From: Squalus acanthias
Lineage: Eukaryota
NCBI GenBank assembly: GCA_030390025.1
Contig: CM059432.1
Span: forward strand, 113,648,001-113,712,000
Length of the DNA: 64,000 bases
Reading direction: 5' to 3'
Shown: positions 13,222-25,488 of the stretch, piece by piece
Numbering within the stretch: position 1 is the first letter of the stretch
How the letters are laid out: every line of letters begins with the position of its first letter
Position numbers and translations under genes: made by a program
The notes under the pieces: generated by a model
What the model was told of the DNA's origin: nothing
The model's input: the letters and a program-made list of their open reading frames with translations, nothing else
The model's database searches: none

Positions 13222-16200
13222 TGGAGAGGATCAGAGGGGGAGAGGACGGGATCGGAGGGGGAGAGGACGGGATCGGAGGGGGAGAGTGGAGAGGGGATCG
13301 GAGGGGAAGAGAGGAGAGCGGATCGGAGGGGGAGAGAGGAGAGGGGATCGGAGGGGGAGAGAGGAGAGGGGATCGGAGTGGGAGAGAGGAGAGGGGACCG
13401 GAGGGGGAGAGCAGAGGGGATCGGAGGGGGAGAGGACAGGGGATCGGAGGGGGAGAGTGGAGAGGGGATCAGAGGGGGAGAGTGGAGAGGGGATCGGAGG
13501 GGGAGAGGGGATCGGAGGGGGCGAGTGGAGAGGGGATCGGAGGGGGAGAGAGGAGAGGGGATCGGAGGGGGAGAGAGGAGAGGGGATCGGAGGGGGAGAG
13601 AGGAGAGGGGATCGGAGGAGGAGAGCAGAGGGGATCGGAGGGGGAGAGGACAGGGGATCGGAGGGGGAGAGGACAGGGGATCGGAGGGGGAGAGGAGAGG
13701 GGATCGGAGGGTGAGAGTGGAGAGGGGATCGGAGGGGGAGAGAGGAGAGGGGATCGGAGGGGGAGAGAGGAGAGGTGATCGGAGGGGGAGAGAGGAGAGG
13801 GGATCGAAGGGGGAGAGAGGAGAGGGGATCGGAGGGGGAGAGAGGAGAGGGGATCAGAGGGGGAGAGTGGAGAGGGGATCGAAGGGGGAGAGAGGAGAGG
13901 GGATCGGAGGGGGAGAGAGGAGAGGGGATCGGAGGGGGAGAGTAGAGAGGGGATCGGAGGGGGAGAAAGGAGAGCGGATCGGAGGGGGAGAGAGGAGAGG
14001 GGATCGGAGGGGGAGAGAGGAGAGGGGAACGGAGTGGGAGAGAGGAGAGGGGATCGGAGGGGGAGAGGACAGGGGATCGGAGGGGGAGAGTGGAGAGGGG
14101 ATCAGAGGGGGAGAGTGGAGAGGGGATCGGAGGGGGAGAGGGGATCGGAGGGGGCGAGTGGAGAGGGGATCGGAGGGGGAGAGAGGAGAGGGGATCAGAG
14201 GGGGAGAGTGGAGAGGGGATCAGAGGGGAGAGAGGAGAGGGGATCGGAGGAGGAGAGCAGAGGGGATCGGAGGGGGAGAGGACAGGGGATCGGAGGGGGA
14301 GAGGACAGGGGATCGGAGGGGGAGAGGAGAGGGGATCGGAGGGTGAGAGTGGAGAGGGGATCGGAGGGGGAGAGAGGAGAGGGGATCGGAGGGGGAGAGA
14401 GGAGAGGGGATCGGAGGGGGAGAGAGGAGAGGGGATCGAGGGGGAGAGAGGAGAGGGGATCGGAGGGGGAGAGAGGAGAGGGGATCAGAGGGGGAGAGTG
14501 GAGAGGGGATCGGAAGGGGAGAGGAGAGGGGATCGGAGGGGAGAGAGGAGAGGGGATCGGAGGGGGAGAGGAGAGGGGATCGGAGGGGGAGAGAGGAGAG
14601 GGGATCGGAGGGGGAGAGAGGAGAGGGGATCGGAGGGGGAGAGAGGAGAGGGGATCGGAAGGGGAGAGAGGAGAGGATATCGAAGGGGGAGAGTGGAGAG
14701 GGGATCGGAGGGGGAGAGAGGAGAGGGGATCAGAGGGGGAGAGGAGAGGGGATCGAGGGGGAGAGAGGAGAGGGGAACGGAGGGGGAGTGGAGAGGGGAT
14801 CGGAGGGGGAGAGAAGGAGAGGGGATCGGAAGGGGGAGGAGAGGAGAGGGGATCGGAGGGGGAGAGAGGAGAGGGGATCGGGGGTGAAAGGAGAGGTGAA
14901 CGGAGGGGGAGAGAGGAGAGGGGATCGGAGGGGGAGAGAGGAGAGGGGATCGGAGGGGGAGAGAGGAAAGGGGATCGGAGGGGGAGAGAGGAGAGGGGAT
15001 CGGAGGGGGAGAGGAGAGGGGATCGGAGGGGGAGAGAGGAGAGGAGATCGGGGGGAGAGGAGAGGGGATCGGAGGGGGAGAGAGGAGAGGGGATCGGGGG
15101 GGGAGAGAGGAGAGGGGATCGGAGGGGGAGAGGAGAGGGGATCGGGGGGGAGAGTGGAGAGGGGATCGGAGGGGGAGTGGAGAGGGGATCGGAGGGCGAG
15201 AGTGGAGAGGGGATCGGAGGGGGAGAGAGGAGAGGGGATCGGGGGGGAGAGAGGAGAGGGGATCGGAGGGTGAGAGGAAAGGGGATCGGAGGGGGAGAAA
15301 GGAAAGGGGATCGGAAGGAGAGAGTGGAGAGGGGATCGGAGGGGGAGAGGAGAGGGGATCAGAGGGGGAGAGAGGAGAGGGGATCGGAGGGGGAGAGTGG
15401 AGAGGGGATCGGAGGGGGAGAGGAGAGGGGATCGGAGGGGAAGAGGAGAGGGGATCGGAGGGGGAGAGGAGAGGGGATCGGAGGGGGAGAGGAGAGGGGA
15501 TCGGAGGGGGAGAGGAGAGGGGATCGGAGGGGGAGAGGAGAGGGGATCGGAGGGAGAGTGGAGAGGGGATCGGAGGGGGAGAGGAGAGGGGATCGGAGGA
15601 GTAGAGTGGAGAGGGGATCGGAGGGGGAGAGGAGAGGGGATCGGAGGGGGAGAGGAGAGGGGATCGGAGGGGGCGAGGAGAGGGGATCGGAGGGAGAGTG
15701 GGGAGGGGATCGGAGGGGGAGAGGAGAGGGAATCGGAGGGGGAGAGGAGGGGGGATCGGAGAGGGAGAGGAGGGGCGATCGGAGGGGGAGAGGAGAGGGG
15801 ATCGGATGGGGAGAGGAGGGGGATAGGAGGGGGAGAGGAGAGGGGATCGGAGGGGGAGAGGAGGGGGGATCGGAGGGGGAGAGAGGAGAGGGGAACGGAG
15901 GGGATTGGACAGGGGATCGGAGGGGGAGAAAGGAAAGGGGATCGGAAGGGGAGGAGAGGAGAGGGGATCGGAGGGGGAGAGAGGAGAGGGGATCGGGGGT
16001 GAAAGGAGAGGTGAACGGAGGGGGAGAGAGGAGAGGGGATCGGATGGGGAGAGAGGGGAGGGGATCGGAGGGGGAGAGAGGAGAGGGGAACGGAGGGGGA
16101 GAGAGGAAAGGGGATCGGAGGGGGAGAGAGGAGAGGGGATCGGAGGGGGAGAGGAGAGGGGATCGGAGGGGGAGAGAGGAGAGGGGATCGGCGGGGGAGA

Positions 16201-18840
16201 GGAGAGGGGATCGGAGGGGGAGAGAGGAGAGGGGATCGGGGGGGAGAGAGGAGAGGGGATCGGCGGGGGAGAGGAGAGAGGATCGGGGGGGAGAGAGGAG
16301 AGGGGATCGGAGGGGGAGTGGAGAGGGGATCGGAGGGCGAGAGTGGAGAGGGGATCGGAGGGGGAGAGAGGAGAGGGGATCGGAGGGTGAGAGGAAAGGG
16401 GATCGGAGGGGAAGAAAGGAAAGGGGATCGGAAGCAGAGAGTGGAGAGGGGATGGGAGGGGGAGAGGAGAGGGGATCAGAGGGGGAGAGAGGAGAGGGGA
16501 TCGGAGGGGGAGAGTGGAGGGGATCGGAGGGGGAGAGGAGAGGGGATTGGAGGGGGAGAGCAGAGGGGATCAGAGGAGTAGAGTGGAGAGGGGATCAGAG
16601 GAGTAGAGTGGAGAGGGGATCGGAGGGGGAGAGGAGAGGGGATCAGAGGGGGAGAGGAGAGGGGATTAGAGGGGGAGAGTGGAGGGGATCGGAGGGGGAG
16701 AGGAGAGGGGATCAGAGGGGGAGAGGAGAGGGGATCGGAGGGGGAGAGGAGAGGGGATCGGAGGGGGAGAGGAGAGGGGATCAGAGGAGTAGAGTGGAGA
16801 GGGGATCGGAGGGGGAGAGGAGAGGGGATTGGAGGGGGAGAGGAGAGGGGATCGGAGGGGGAGAGGAGAGGGGATCGGAGGGGGAGAGGAGAGGGGATCG
16901 GAGGGGGAGAGGAGAGGGGATCGGAGGGAGAGTGGAGAGGGAATCGGAGGGGGAGAGGAGAGGGGATCGGAGGAGTAGAGTGGAGAGGGGATCGGAGGGG
17001 GAGAGGAGAGGGGATCGGAGGGGGAGAGGAGAGGGGATCGGAGGGGGCGAGGAGAGGGGATCGGAGGGAGAGTGGGGAGGGGATCGGAGGGGGAGAGGAG
17101 AGAGAATCGGAGGGGGAGAGGAGGGGGGATCGGAGGGGGGATCGGAGGGGGAGAGGAGAGGGGATCGGATGGGGAGAGGAGAGGGGATCGGAGGGGGAGA
17201 GGAGAGGGGATCGGAGGGGGAGAGGAGGGGGGATCGGAGGGGGAGAGAGGAGAGGGGAACGGAGGGGATTGGACAGGGGATCGGAGGGGGAGAAAGGAAA
17301 GGGGATCGAAGATGAAAGGAGAGGTGAACGGAGGGGGAGAGAGGAGAGGGGATCGGAGGGGGAGAGAGGAGAGGGGATTGAAGATGAAAGGAGAGGTGAA
17401 CGGAGGGGGAGAGAGGAGAGGGGATCGGATGGGGAGAGAGGAGAGGGGATCGGAGGGGGAGAGAGGAGAGGGGATCAGAGGGGGAGAGAGGAAAGGGGAT
17501 CGGAGGGGGAGAGAGGAGAGGGGATCGGAGGGGGAGAGGAGAGGGAATCGGAGGGGGACAGAGGAGAGGGGATCGAAGGGGGAGAGGAGAGGGGATCGGA
17601 GGGGGAGAGGAGAGGGGATCGGGGGGGAGAGAGGAGAGGGGATCGGAGGGGGAGAGAGGAGAGGGGATCGGGGGGGAGAGAGGAGAGGGGATCGGAGGGT
17701 GAGAGGAAAGGGGATCGGAGGGGGAGAAAGGAAAGTGGATCGGAAGGGGAGAGTGGAGAGGGGATCGGAGGGGGAGAGGAGAGGGGATCAGAGGGGGAGA
17801 GAGGAGAGGGGATCGGAGGGGGAGAGTGGAGAGGGGATCGGAGGGGGAGAGGAGAGGGGATCGGAGGGGGCGAGGAGAGGGGATCGGAGGGGGAGAGGAG
17901 AGGGGATCGGAGGGGGAGAGGGGATCGGAGGGGGAGAGGAGAGGAGATCGGAGGAGTAGAGTGGAGAGGGGATCAGAGGGGGAGAGGAGAGGGGATCGGA
18001 GGGGGAGAGGAGAGGGGATCGGAGGGGGAGAGGAGAGGGGATCGGAGGGGGAGAGGAGAGGGGATCGGAGGGATAGTGGAGAGGGGATCGGAGGGGGAGA
18101 GGAGAGGGGATAGGAGGAGTAGAGTGGAGAGGGGATCGGAGGGGGAGAGGAGAGGGGATCGGAGGGGGAGAGGAGAGGGGATCGGAGGGGGCGAGGAGAG
18201 GGGATCGGAGGGATAGTGGAGAGGGGATCGGAGGGGGAGAGGAGAGGGGATCGGAGGAGTAGAGTGGAGAGGGGATCGGAGGAAGAGTGGGGAGGGGATC
18301 GGAGGGGGAGAGGAGAGGGGATCGGAGGGGGAGAGGAGGGGGGATCGGAGGGGGAGAGGAGGGGGGATCGGAGGGTGAGAGGAGAGGGGATCGGATGGGG
18401 AGAGGAGGGGGGATCGGAGGGGGAGAGGAAGGGGATCGGAGGGGGAGAGGAGGGGGGATCGGAGGGGGAGAGGAGAAGGTATCGGAGGGGGAGAGGAGAG
18501 GGGATCGGAGGGGGAGAGGAGAGGGGATCGGATGGGGAGAGGAGGGGGGATCGGAGGGGGAGAGGAGAGGGGATCGGAGGTGGAGAGGAGGGGGGATCGG
18601 AGGGGGAGAGGAGAGGGGATCGGAGGGGAGAGGAGGGGGGATCGGAGGGGGAGAGGAGAGGGGATCAGATGGGGAGAGGAGGGGGGATCGGAGGGGGAGA
18701 GGAGAGGGTATCGGAGCGGGAGAGGAGAGGGGATCGGATGGGAGAGGAGGGGGGATCGGAGGGGGAGAGAGGAGAGGGGATCGGATGGGGAGAGGAGGGG
18801 CGATCGGAGGGGGAGAGGAGAGGGGATCGGGGTGGGGAGA
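13222..18840. repeat. Purine-rich ~23/25-bp satellite, block 2
   Basis: Same unit as block 1 with more 25-bp (extra GA) and GAGTGGAG variants. Confidence 0.97.
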
Positions 18841-19323
18841 TGAGCTCGGCAGGAGGAGAGCTGCTCGGGTGGGGGGAGGAAAAGTTCAGGAACTCGTGGG
18901 GAGTGATTCAGGTCTAAAGCGGGGTGGAGGGGATGAGAGCGAGAACGTGATCCAGTTGGGAAGACGGATCTCGTTCTATCCTCTTTGTTAGACTTGAATC
19001 ACGTTCACCCCACCCCTCCCTCCTTCACACCACGTTCTCCACCAGTAGACCTGGATCACAGTCTTGACCACGAACGGCAGTGAGTTGATTTCTCGGAAAG
19101 CCCGGCACATGTGCAGCAAGTGATATCACAGGACTGGACAAAATCCAGAAGTCATGACACTTCGTAATGTAAAAGGTGATCCCCCCACCCCCACACTATC
19201 TACCCAATAAACGTGTTAACAATCCGTGACCCACACACAATGGCCTATCAGTCACCACAGCTCTCACCCAGAGTGTTTAGTTTGACGTTGTAATTAGCGA
19301 CAGTCTGGGTACTTCCAGTTTTC
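18841..19323 (+). repeat. Left arm of long diverged inverted repeat (partner 40293-40818)
   Basis: e.g. 19078 CAGTGAGTTGATTTCTCGGAAAGCCCGGCACATGTGCAGCAAGTGATATCA aligns with the reverse complement of 40501-40550; collinear across the arm. Confidence 0.9.
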
Positions 19324-20725
19324 AAAAAGGAGAGAGGGATAAACTTGGTAATAACAGTCGATTCAGTCAGTGGTGGGAAAACTACTAGCGACAATTGTCA
19401 AGGACAAAATTAATTCTCCACTTGGAGAAGCACGGGTTAATAAGGGGCAGCCAGCATCAATTTTTAATGTGTCTGACTAACCTGATTGAGTTATTTGACG
19501 ATGTAATAGAGATGGTTGATGAAGATAGTGCAGTAGATGTTGTATATATGGACTTTCAAAAGGAATTTGATAAAAGTACCACATAAAAGTTATGACTCTA
19601 TCACAGACTTATTCGGAAAACAGACTTATTCGGAAAATAGAAGCACATGGCATTAAAGGAACGGTGTTAACTTGGGTACGAAATTGGCTGAGGGATAGGA
19701 GGCAGAGAGTAGTGGTGAACGGATGTTTTCCTGACTGGCGAGAAGGTATGCAGTGGGGTCTCCCAGAGGTCGGTATTAGGACCATTGCTTTTCTTGTTAT
19801 ATACAAATAGCCTGGACTTGGGTATAGGGAGTAGAATTTCGAAGTTTGCGGATGATACAAAACTTGGTAACGTAGTAAATAATGAGCAGGATAATAGCTG
19901 ACTTCAGGAGGACAGAGACAGACTGGTGAAATGGCAGATGCAATTTAACGCGGATAAGTGTAAAGTGATGCACTTTGGGAGAAACAACATGGAAAGGCAG
20001 CATAATCTAAATGGTACTATTTTGAGGGAGGTGCAAAAACAGAGGAATCTGGGGGTGAATATTCACAAACCTTTGAAGGTGTCACAGCAAGTTGATAAGG
20101 CGGTTAAGAAAGTTTATGGGATACTTGGCATTGTAAATAGGAATACAAAAGCAAGGATGTCATGCTAAACCGTTACAAATTACTGGTTAGGCCTTAGCTG
20201 TAGTATTGTGTACAATTCTGGGTATCACACTTTAGGAAGGATGTCAAGACCCTAGAGAGGGTACAGAGGAGGTTTACCAGGATGATACCAGGGATGAGGG
20301 ACGTCACTTATATGAAGAGACTGGAGAAACTTCTCCTTAGAGCAGAGAAGGTTAAGGGGAGACCTAATAGATTTATTCAAAATTATGAGGGGTTTTGTTA
20401 GAGAAAGTAGGGAGAAACTGTTTCCTCTGGCAAGTGGGTCTGTAAGCAGAGGTCACAGATTTAAAATAATTGGCAAAAGAACTAGAGGGGAAATGAGGAG
20501 AAAATTCTTCACACAGAGGATTGTTATGATCTGGAACACACGCTATGAAAGGGTGGTGGAATCAGATTCCGTAGGAACTTTCAAAAGGCAATTGGACATG
20601 TACTTGAAGAGGACTAATTTGCAGGGTTATGGGGAAAGAGCTGAGGTGTGGGATTAAATTGGACAACTCTTTCAAAAAGCCAAATGGCCTCCTTCTGTGT
20701 TGGAAGATTCTACGATTCTTTGAAT
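19324..20725 (+). mobile_element. Decayed CR1 LINE 3' portion
   Basis: Frameshifted RT fragments (CLTNLIE, VYMDFQK, WQMQFN, SRGHRFK) and ...GATTCTACGATTCT tail. Confidence 0.9.
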
Positions 20726-21040
20726 TAGCATACATGTAGTCCTGTGTTGTAGCTTCACCAGTTTGGCACCTCATTTTCAGATACACCTGCTGCTGCTCCT
20801 GGCATGCTCTTCTACACTTCTCATTGAACCAGGGTTGGTCCCCTAGCTTGATGGTAATGGTAGAGTGAGGGATATGCTGGGCCATGAGGTTACAGATTGT
20901 GGTGGAATACAATTCTGCTACTGCCGATGGCCCACAGTGCCTCATGGATGCGCAGATTTGAGCGGCTAGATCTGTTCTGAATCTATCCCATTTTGCATGG
21001 TGGTAGTGCCACACAATACGATGGACAGTGTCCTCAGTGT
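20726..21040 (-). mobile_element. Internal fragment of a second CR1/L2-group LINE family
   Basis: Translation VWHYHHAKWDRFRTDLAAQ...IPHSTITIKLGDQPWFN typical of the EN-RT linker. Confidence 0.7.
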
Positions 21041-21066
21041 GATTAAAGAAGTCACTGGTTAAACCG

Positions 21067-21717
21067 CATAGAATCATAGAATTATACTGCACAGAAGGAG
21101 GCCATTCAGCCCATCGTGCCTGTGCTAGCTTTTTGCAAGAGCTATACAATTAGACCCACTCCCCTGCTCTTTTCCCATAGCCCAGCAAATGTTTCCCCTT
21201 CAAGTATTTATTCAATTCCCTTTCACAGTTATTACTGAATCTGCTTCCACCACCCTTTCAGGCAGTGCATTCCAGATCACAACAACTTGCTGTGTAACAT
21301 TTTTTTTCCCCTCAGGTCACCTCTGGTGAAGGGTCATCGACCTTTAATGTTAACTCTGTTTCTCTCTCCACAGATGCTGCCTGATCTGCTGAGTATTTCC
21401 AGCATTTTCTGTTTTTATTTCAGATTTCCAGCATCCGCAGTATTTTGTTTTTGTACCTTAAATCTGTGTCCTCTGGTTCCCGACCCATCTGCCATGGGAG
21501 ACAGTTTCTCCCTATTTACTGTTCATGTTCACTTAACCTTCTCTGCTCTGAGGAGAACAACCCCAGCTTCTCCAGTCCCTCCACATAACTGAAGTCCCTC
21601 ATCACTGGTACCATTCCAGTAAATCTCCTCTGCACCCTCTCTAAGGCCTTGTCATCCTTCCTAAAGTGCGGTGCCCAGAATTGGCCTCAATACTCCAGCT
21701 GAGGCCGAACCAGTGAT
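21067..21717 (-). mobile_element. Old CR1 LINE, 3' piece (host of nested insertions; continues at 29872-29894 and 34336-35335)
   Basis: CATAGAATCATAGAA tail; ...ACCAGTGAT joins TTTATAAAGGTTTAGTATAACT and then CCCTTGCTTTTGTACTCTATG once inserts are removed, matching the intact CR1 at 27268-27320. Confidence 0.85.
21323..21455 (+). mobile_element. Penelope-type short fragment with decayed hammerhead core
   Basis: CTGGTGAAGGGTCATCGACCTTTAATGTTAACTCTG...GATGCTGCCTGA; homologous to 35600-35657 and 37365-37500. Confidence 0.6.
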
Positions 21718-22038
21718 CATAGAGTCATAGGGGTAAAAATTCACTTGGTTGCGCCTCCCGTTAGCGCCTTAAGAGGGCGCTAATGGGGTGTTAAGCCGCT
21801 AACGCCCGGGCGCAGCGCTGTTTGCGCCGCTCGAGAACTTAACTTGAGATTGTGCGGCGGCGCTAAAACTTACCGCTGCGACCACCTGCGCGCGCAGATT
21901 GTGACGTCATTCCATGGTGCAACGCCCTTGGGGCGCCCCGGAGCGGAAATTGAGTGGCGCCCCCTGCCTTACCGCCTGGCGCTTCCAACGACCGGAAGAC
22001 TGGAACGTTATCAATCGGTGTGGGGCTGGGGGGGGCAC

Positions 22039-22046
22039 TATTTAAA
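22039..22046 (+). promoter_or_regulatory. TATA-like box (TATTTAAA) of the Harbinger transposase gene
   Basis: About 200 bp upstream of the ATG, downstream of a TGACGTCA at ~21902; conserved in the MITE copy (26065-26072, - strand). Confidence 0.5.
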
Positions 22047-22240
22047 GGGGGCCTCTTCCTGTCTTTTTCTGTGGTCGACATTTATGCACCACTCGTTCTG
22101 AGAGAGAGAGAGAGATTCGGAGAGAGAGAGAGAGAGACTTCTACATTGACACAACGCTTTGTGAGGTAGTTTTGCCTATTCATCCTAACTTTGTTGCTAC
22201 TTTAGTTGCTGTACCTCATTACTTTTCTGGCAAAGAGAAT

Positions 22241-23401
22241 ATGGGGGCTGCAATGATTGGGGGCGTCGTCCTGCTCCAGCTGAATCGGAGGATAGTGAGA
22301 CGCAGACAGAGAGTGGCAATGATGGCCAGACGGAGGAGGGCCATCAGGCGCATGTACAGGAGAGCTTACCCTCCCAGGGTATATCGTGAACAGCTCTCCT
22401 ACATCCATATGTCCGAGGAGCTGTGTTTGCGAAGGCTGCGATTCAGCAAGGAGGTGGTCACTGAGCTCTGCCACCTGCTGCAGCCAGATCTGCAGCCTCA
22501 GCTGAGGTCCAGGACGTCTCTGTCGGTGGCAGTGAAGGTCACAGTGGCTTTGAACTTCTACGCCACTGGCTCATTCCAAGCTGCTGTTGGGGACCTCGCC
22601 AATATCTCCCAGTTTGCGGTGCATCGCTGCATCCGGCAGGTCACCAATGCCCTCTTCAGAAGGAGACGAGACTTCATCTCTTTCCCTATGACCCCAGACA
22701 AGCAGCGTGACCGTGCTCTGGGCTTTGCGAGGGTAGCGGGCTTCCCCATGGTGCAGGGCGCCATTGACTGCACGCATGTGGCTTTGCGTGCTCCGCGAGA
22801 GAATGCAGAGGAATTCAGGAACAGAAAGGGGTTCCATTCCTTGAATGTGCAGTTGGTCTGTGACCACAGACAGGTGATACTCGCTGTCAATGCCCACTAT
22901 CCGGGCAGCTGCCACGATGCTTTCATCCTGCGCCAGACTACTGTGGCAGAACTTTTCGAGGCACCGCATCAGCCAGTTGGTTGGCTTCTGGGGGACAAGG
23001 GGTACGCATTGAGCACCTGGCTGATGACACCGCTCCGTACGCCAAACACCCCTGCTGAGCTGCGGTACAATGAAAGCCATCAAGCAACCAGGAACATTAT
23101 TGAGCGCACAATCGGCGTGCTGAAACAACGGTTCCGCTGTCTGGACCATTCCGGAGGAGCCCTGCAGTACTCGCCTGAGCAAGTTTCGAACTTCGTAGTT
23201 GTGTGCTGCATGTTGCACAACATGGCAATCCTCAGGACCCAGCCAATGCCACCAGGCCTTGTAGCACCACCAGAGGAGGAGGAGGAAGAGGAGGAAGAGG
23301 ACGAGGACGATGATCATCAGCAGCACCAAGGCGGGAGGGCGGCCCACAATGGTCAAACTGCAAGGGCCGTCCGTCAACGACTAATAGCAAGCCGCTTCTA
23401 G
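22241..23401 (+). CDS. Harbinger DDE transposase (HARBI1-like nuclease), 386 aa from first ATG
   Basis: GAIDCTH, NRKGFHSLNVQLVCD, YPGSCHDAFIL, LLGDKGY, IIERTIGVLKQRFRCL, CCMLHN; no stops or frameshifts. Confidence 0.95.
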   Translation: MGAAMIGGVVLLQLNRRIVRRRQRVAMMARRRRAIRRMYRRAYPPRVYREQLSYIHMSEELCLRRLRFSKEVVTELCHLLQPDLQPQLRSRTSLSVAVKVTVALNFYATGSFQAAVGDLANISQFAVHRCIRQVTNALFRRRRDFISFPMTPDKQRDRALGFARVAGFPMVQGAIDCTHVALRAPRENAEEFRNRKGFHSLNVQLVCDHRQVILAVNAHYPGSCHDAFILRQTTVAELFEAPHQPVGWLLGDKGYALSTWLMTPLRTPNTPAELRYNESHQATRNIIERTIGVLKQRFRCLDHSGGALQYSPEQVSNFVVVCCMLHNMAILRTQPMPPGLVAPPEEEEEEEEEDEDDDHQQHQGGRAAHNGQTARAVRQRLIASRF

Positions 23402-23695
23402 GGCCCCTGCCATTGCTACAAACACTAATCAACCCAGCACGCAACCCCTAAGCCGGCCAAGGCACCAATAATTCCAACCACCAGCCATGTATATTTTGAA
23501 TACAGAAACTTATTTATTTTACAAACTCTGTGTGTGTCAATTCCTCATGACAAACTCATAGAAATAAACACAAAAAAACAGTCAATAACATAACTGGTTC
23601 TCACAACCTGGAGATAATGTCCAAAACACTAAACAAAAGTTGGACCATGAACCTCGGCCTTTAATAAAAAAATGACCAGCATTTTGGCACACCTC

Positions 23696-25464
23696 CTACT
23701 TTTTGCCCTTCGAGGGTGATCTCCTTCCCTTGCGCACTTCCCCCCTTCTAACCCTACTGCTCCTCCGTAATGGGACCTCAGTGGCTGCAGCAAGGCTGGT
23801 GGAAGGCTGCTGCTCGTCAGACCCTGACACTGCAGATGCCCCTGAAGGACGGCCTCGACCACTTCTGGGCCTGGAGGGCCCGGCTGCAGACTGCAACAAC
23901 TCTGCATGGGCGGCAGCAGTCTGTCCTACAGGCGGTGGCAAGTGCAGTGGAGAAGTGACAGTGTTGGCAGCAGGAATGCTGTCATCGTGAGAGAGGACAG
24001 CAACTCCCTGCTCGCCCGACACACTGGCACTCCCACGGGGCAGCACTTCAGCATCCGGAGCAATTTGCCGGAGAACAGATTGCTGGCCTGCTGCGGCGCG
24101 GTGACAGCCCCGGGGACATGTGCACGAACCATCGAGGATGGCAGCAGTCAGTGCTCGCGTGGCCTCAATCTGAGTCTGCATGAGAGCAGTCTCAGATGGG
24201 TTCCTGGCAGCCAGTGACTGAATTGCAGCACTAAGCTTTAGTGTGGCATCCGCCTGTGCTACAGCGAAGTGCTCCACACTCCTTGCCAGTGACTCAATGC
24301 ATTCGGGCACCCTTCCCACTGCACCCATGAGCTCAGTGTGCATGCCCACCGCCTGGCTGTTCATTTCTGCAATCAGCCGCTCCTCCTCTGCGTCCATTGC
24401 AGTAGGAGTGTCTGGCATACTCTCCCTCTGGGGAGAAGGCTCCCGTTCTTCCCTCCCCCCCCCATGGCGTTGCTGCAGCCCGCTGGGTCCTGGAGCTTCA
24501 CCATCATCAGCCCCTTCCCCCCTGCTCCCCTCCGGGGAAGGCGTGTTCCCAGTGTGGGCATGGGCTTCCTCGGGAGAGGGTGGCACTGATGCTCCGGCTT
24601 CCTCTTCCTCCTCAGCTGCAGCATCACTCCCAGTGGCAGCTTCAGGGCCCGTCTCCTCAGCTGGTGAATCACCATCTGAAAGCAGGGAGATACAAGAGTG
24701 GCTTTAGCGTGAGGACAGGGTGGCAGTAAGGGAGGAATAAGTGCAGCGAGTTAGCAAGTTGGATTGAAAGTGTCAAAGGCTGGTATTGTGAGGGACAAGT
24801 GGAAGGACAGAGGACAAAAAGGTGATGACCTTACCATTGCTGTCCACAACGGGGTCGGCGTCTCCAGTGGCGACGGGACCGATCACCCGGCTTGCCACAA
24901 TCCTGTGGACGCACTCCTCCAGATCGCTGAGGGGTTGCAGCTGAAGCCGCCCTCCACCCGTCCGTTGCTGCTGTCTCCGATTATGAGCCAGCTTAGCCTG
25001 CAAGAAAAAGGACTGCATCTGAGTAAATATACAGCCATGGTCTTGCCTGATGTGCCTCCCATAGGTGAATAGCCCTTACTGTATGCAAAGTGTGGAATGT
25101 GTGTGTGTGTTTCATGAAAGGGCCATAGGTGTTGGATAAGTGTTGTGCATTGGGGTTTTAAGACCCTCTGGCCATAGAGTGAGGTTGAGATGGAGGGATG
25201 GAGAGGTATTGAGAAAAAGCCACTCACCCTGACGACCCGAGTGAGGTCGTTGAACTTTTTGCGGCATTGAACATGGGTCCTGGGCACCATGCTCCTGGAG
25301 GAGACGCTCTGAGCCACCTCCCTCCACACTCTTCTGAACTCGCGTGGCAAAGGCCTCCTGCCACTCTCCGGGAACAGCATGCATCGTCTGCGCTCCACTG
25401 CGCCAACCAGAGCATCCAAGGCCCGCTCGGTGAAGCGATGAGCGTGTTCTCTCACCCTCTCCAT
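23696..25464 (-). CDS. Harbinger Myb/SANT-like DNA-binding protein, 3 exons: 25464-25228, 24997-24835, 24675-23696 (459 aa predicted)
   Basis: Exon 1 RFTERALDALV...VWREVAQSV...RTHVQCRKKFNDL (trihelix/Myb-like); GT-AG introns (AGG|GTGAGT, TTCTTGCAG|GCT, ATG|GTAAGG, CTTTCAG|AT) with compatible phases 0 and 1; 237+163+980=1380 nt; basic C-terminus. Confidence 0.85.
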
Positions 25465-25488
25465 GCTTGGCAGCAAAATGGATTACAG

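Noticed and set aside
25..18991. Dozens of G/E/R-rich and P/S/L-rich ORFs, including 1093 aa at 14034-17315
   Set aside because: Translations of the GA satellite; open in several frames and both strands because the unit lacks stops; no domain content
19600..19640. Tandem duplication ACAGACTTATTCGGAAAA in a decayed CR1
   Set aside because: Local duplication or repair scar in dead sequence; no sign of function
22241..23401. Host domesticated HARBI1 gene
   Set aside because: Lies between TIRs with a TSD and a Myb partner, so it is a transposon copy; no gene symbol given
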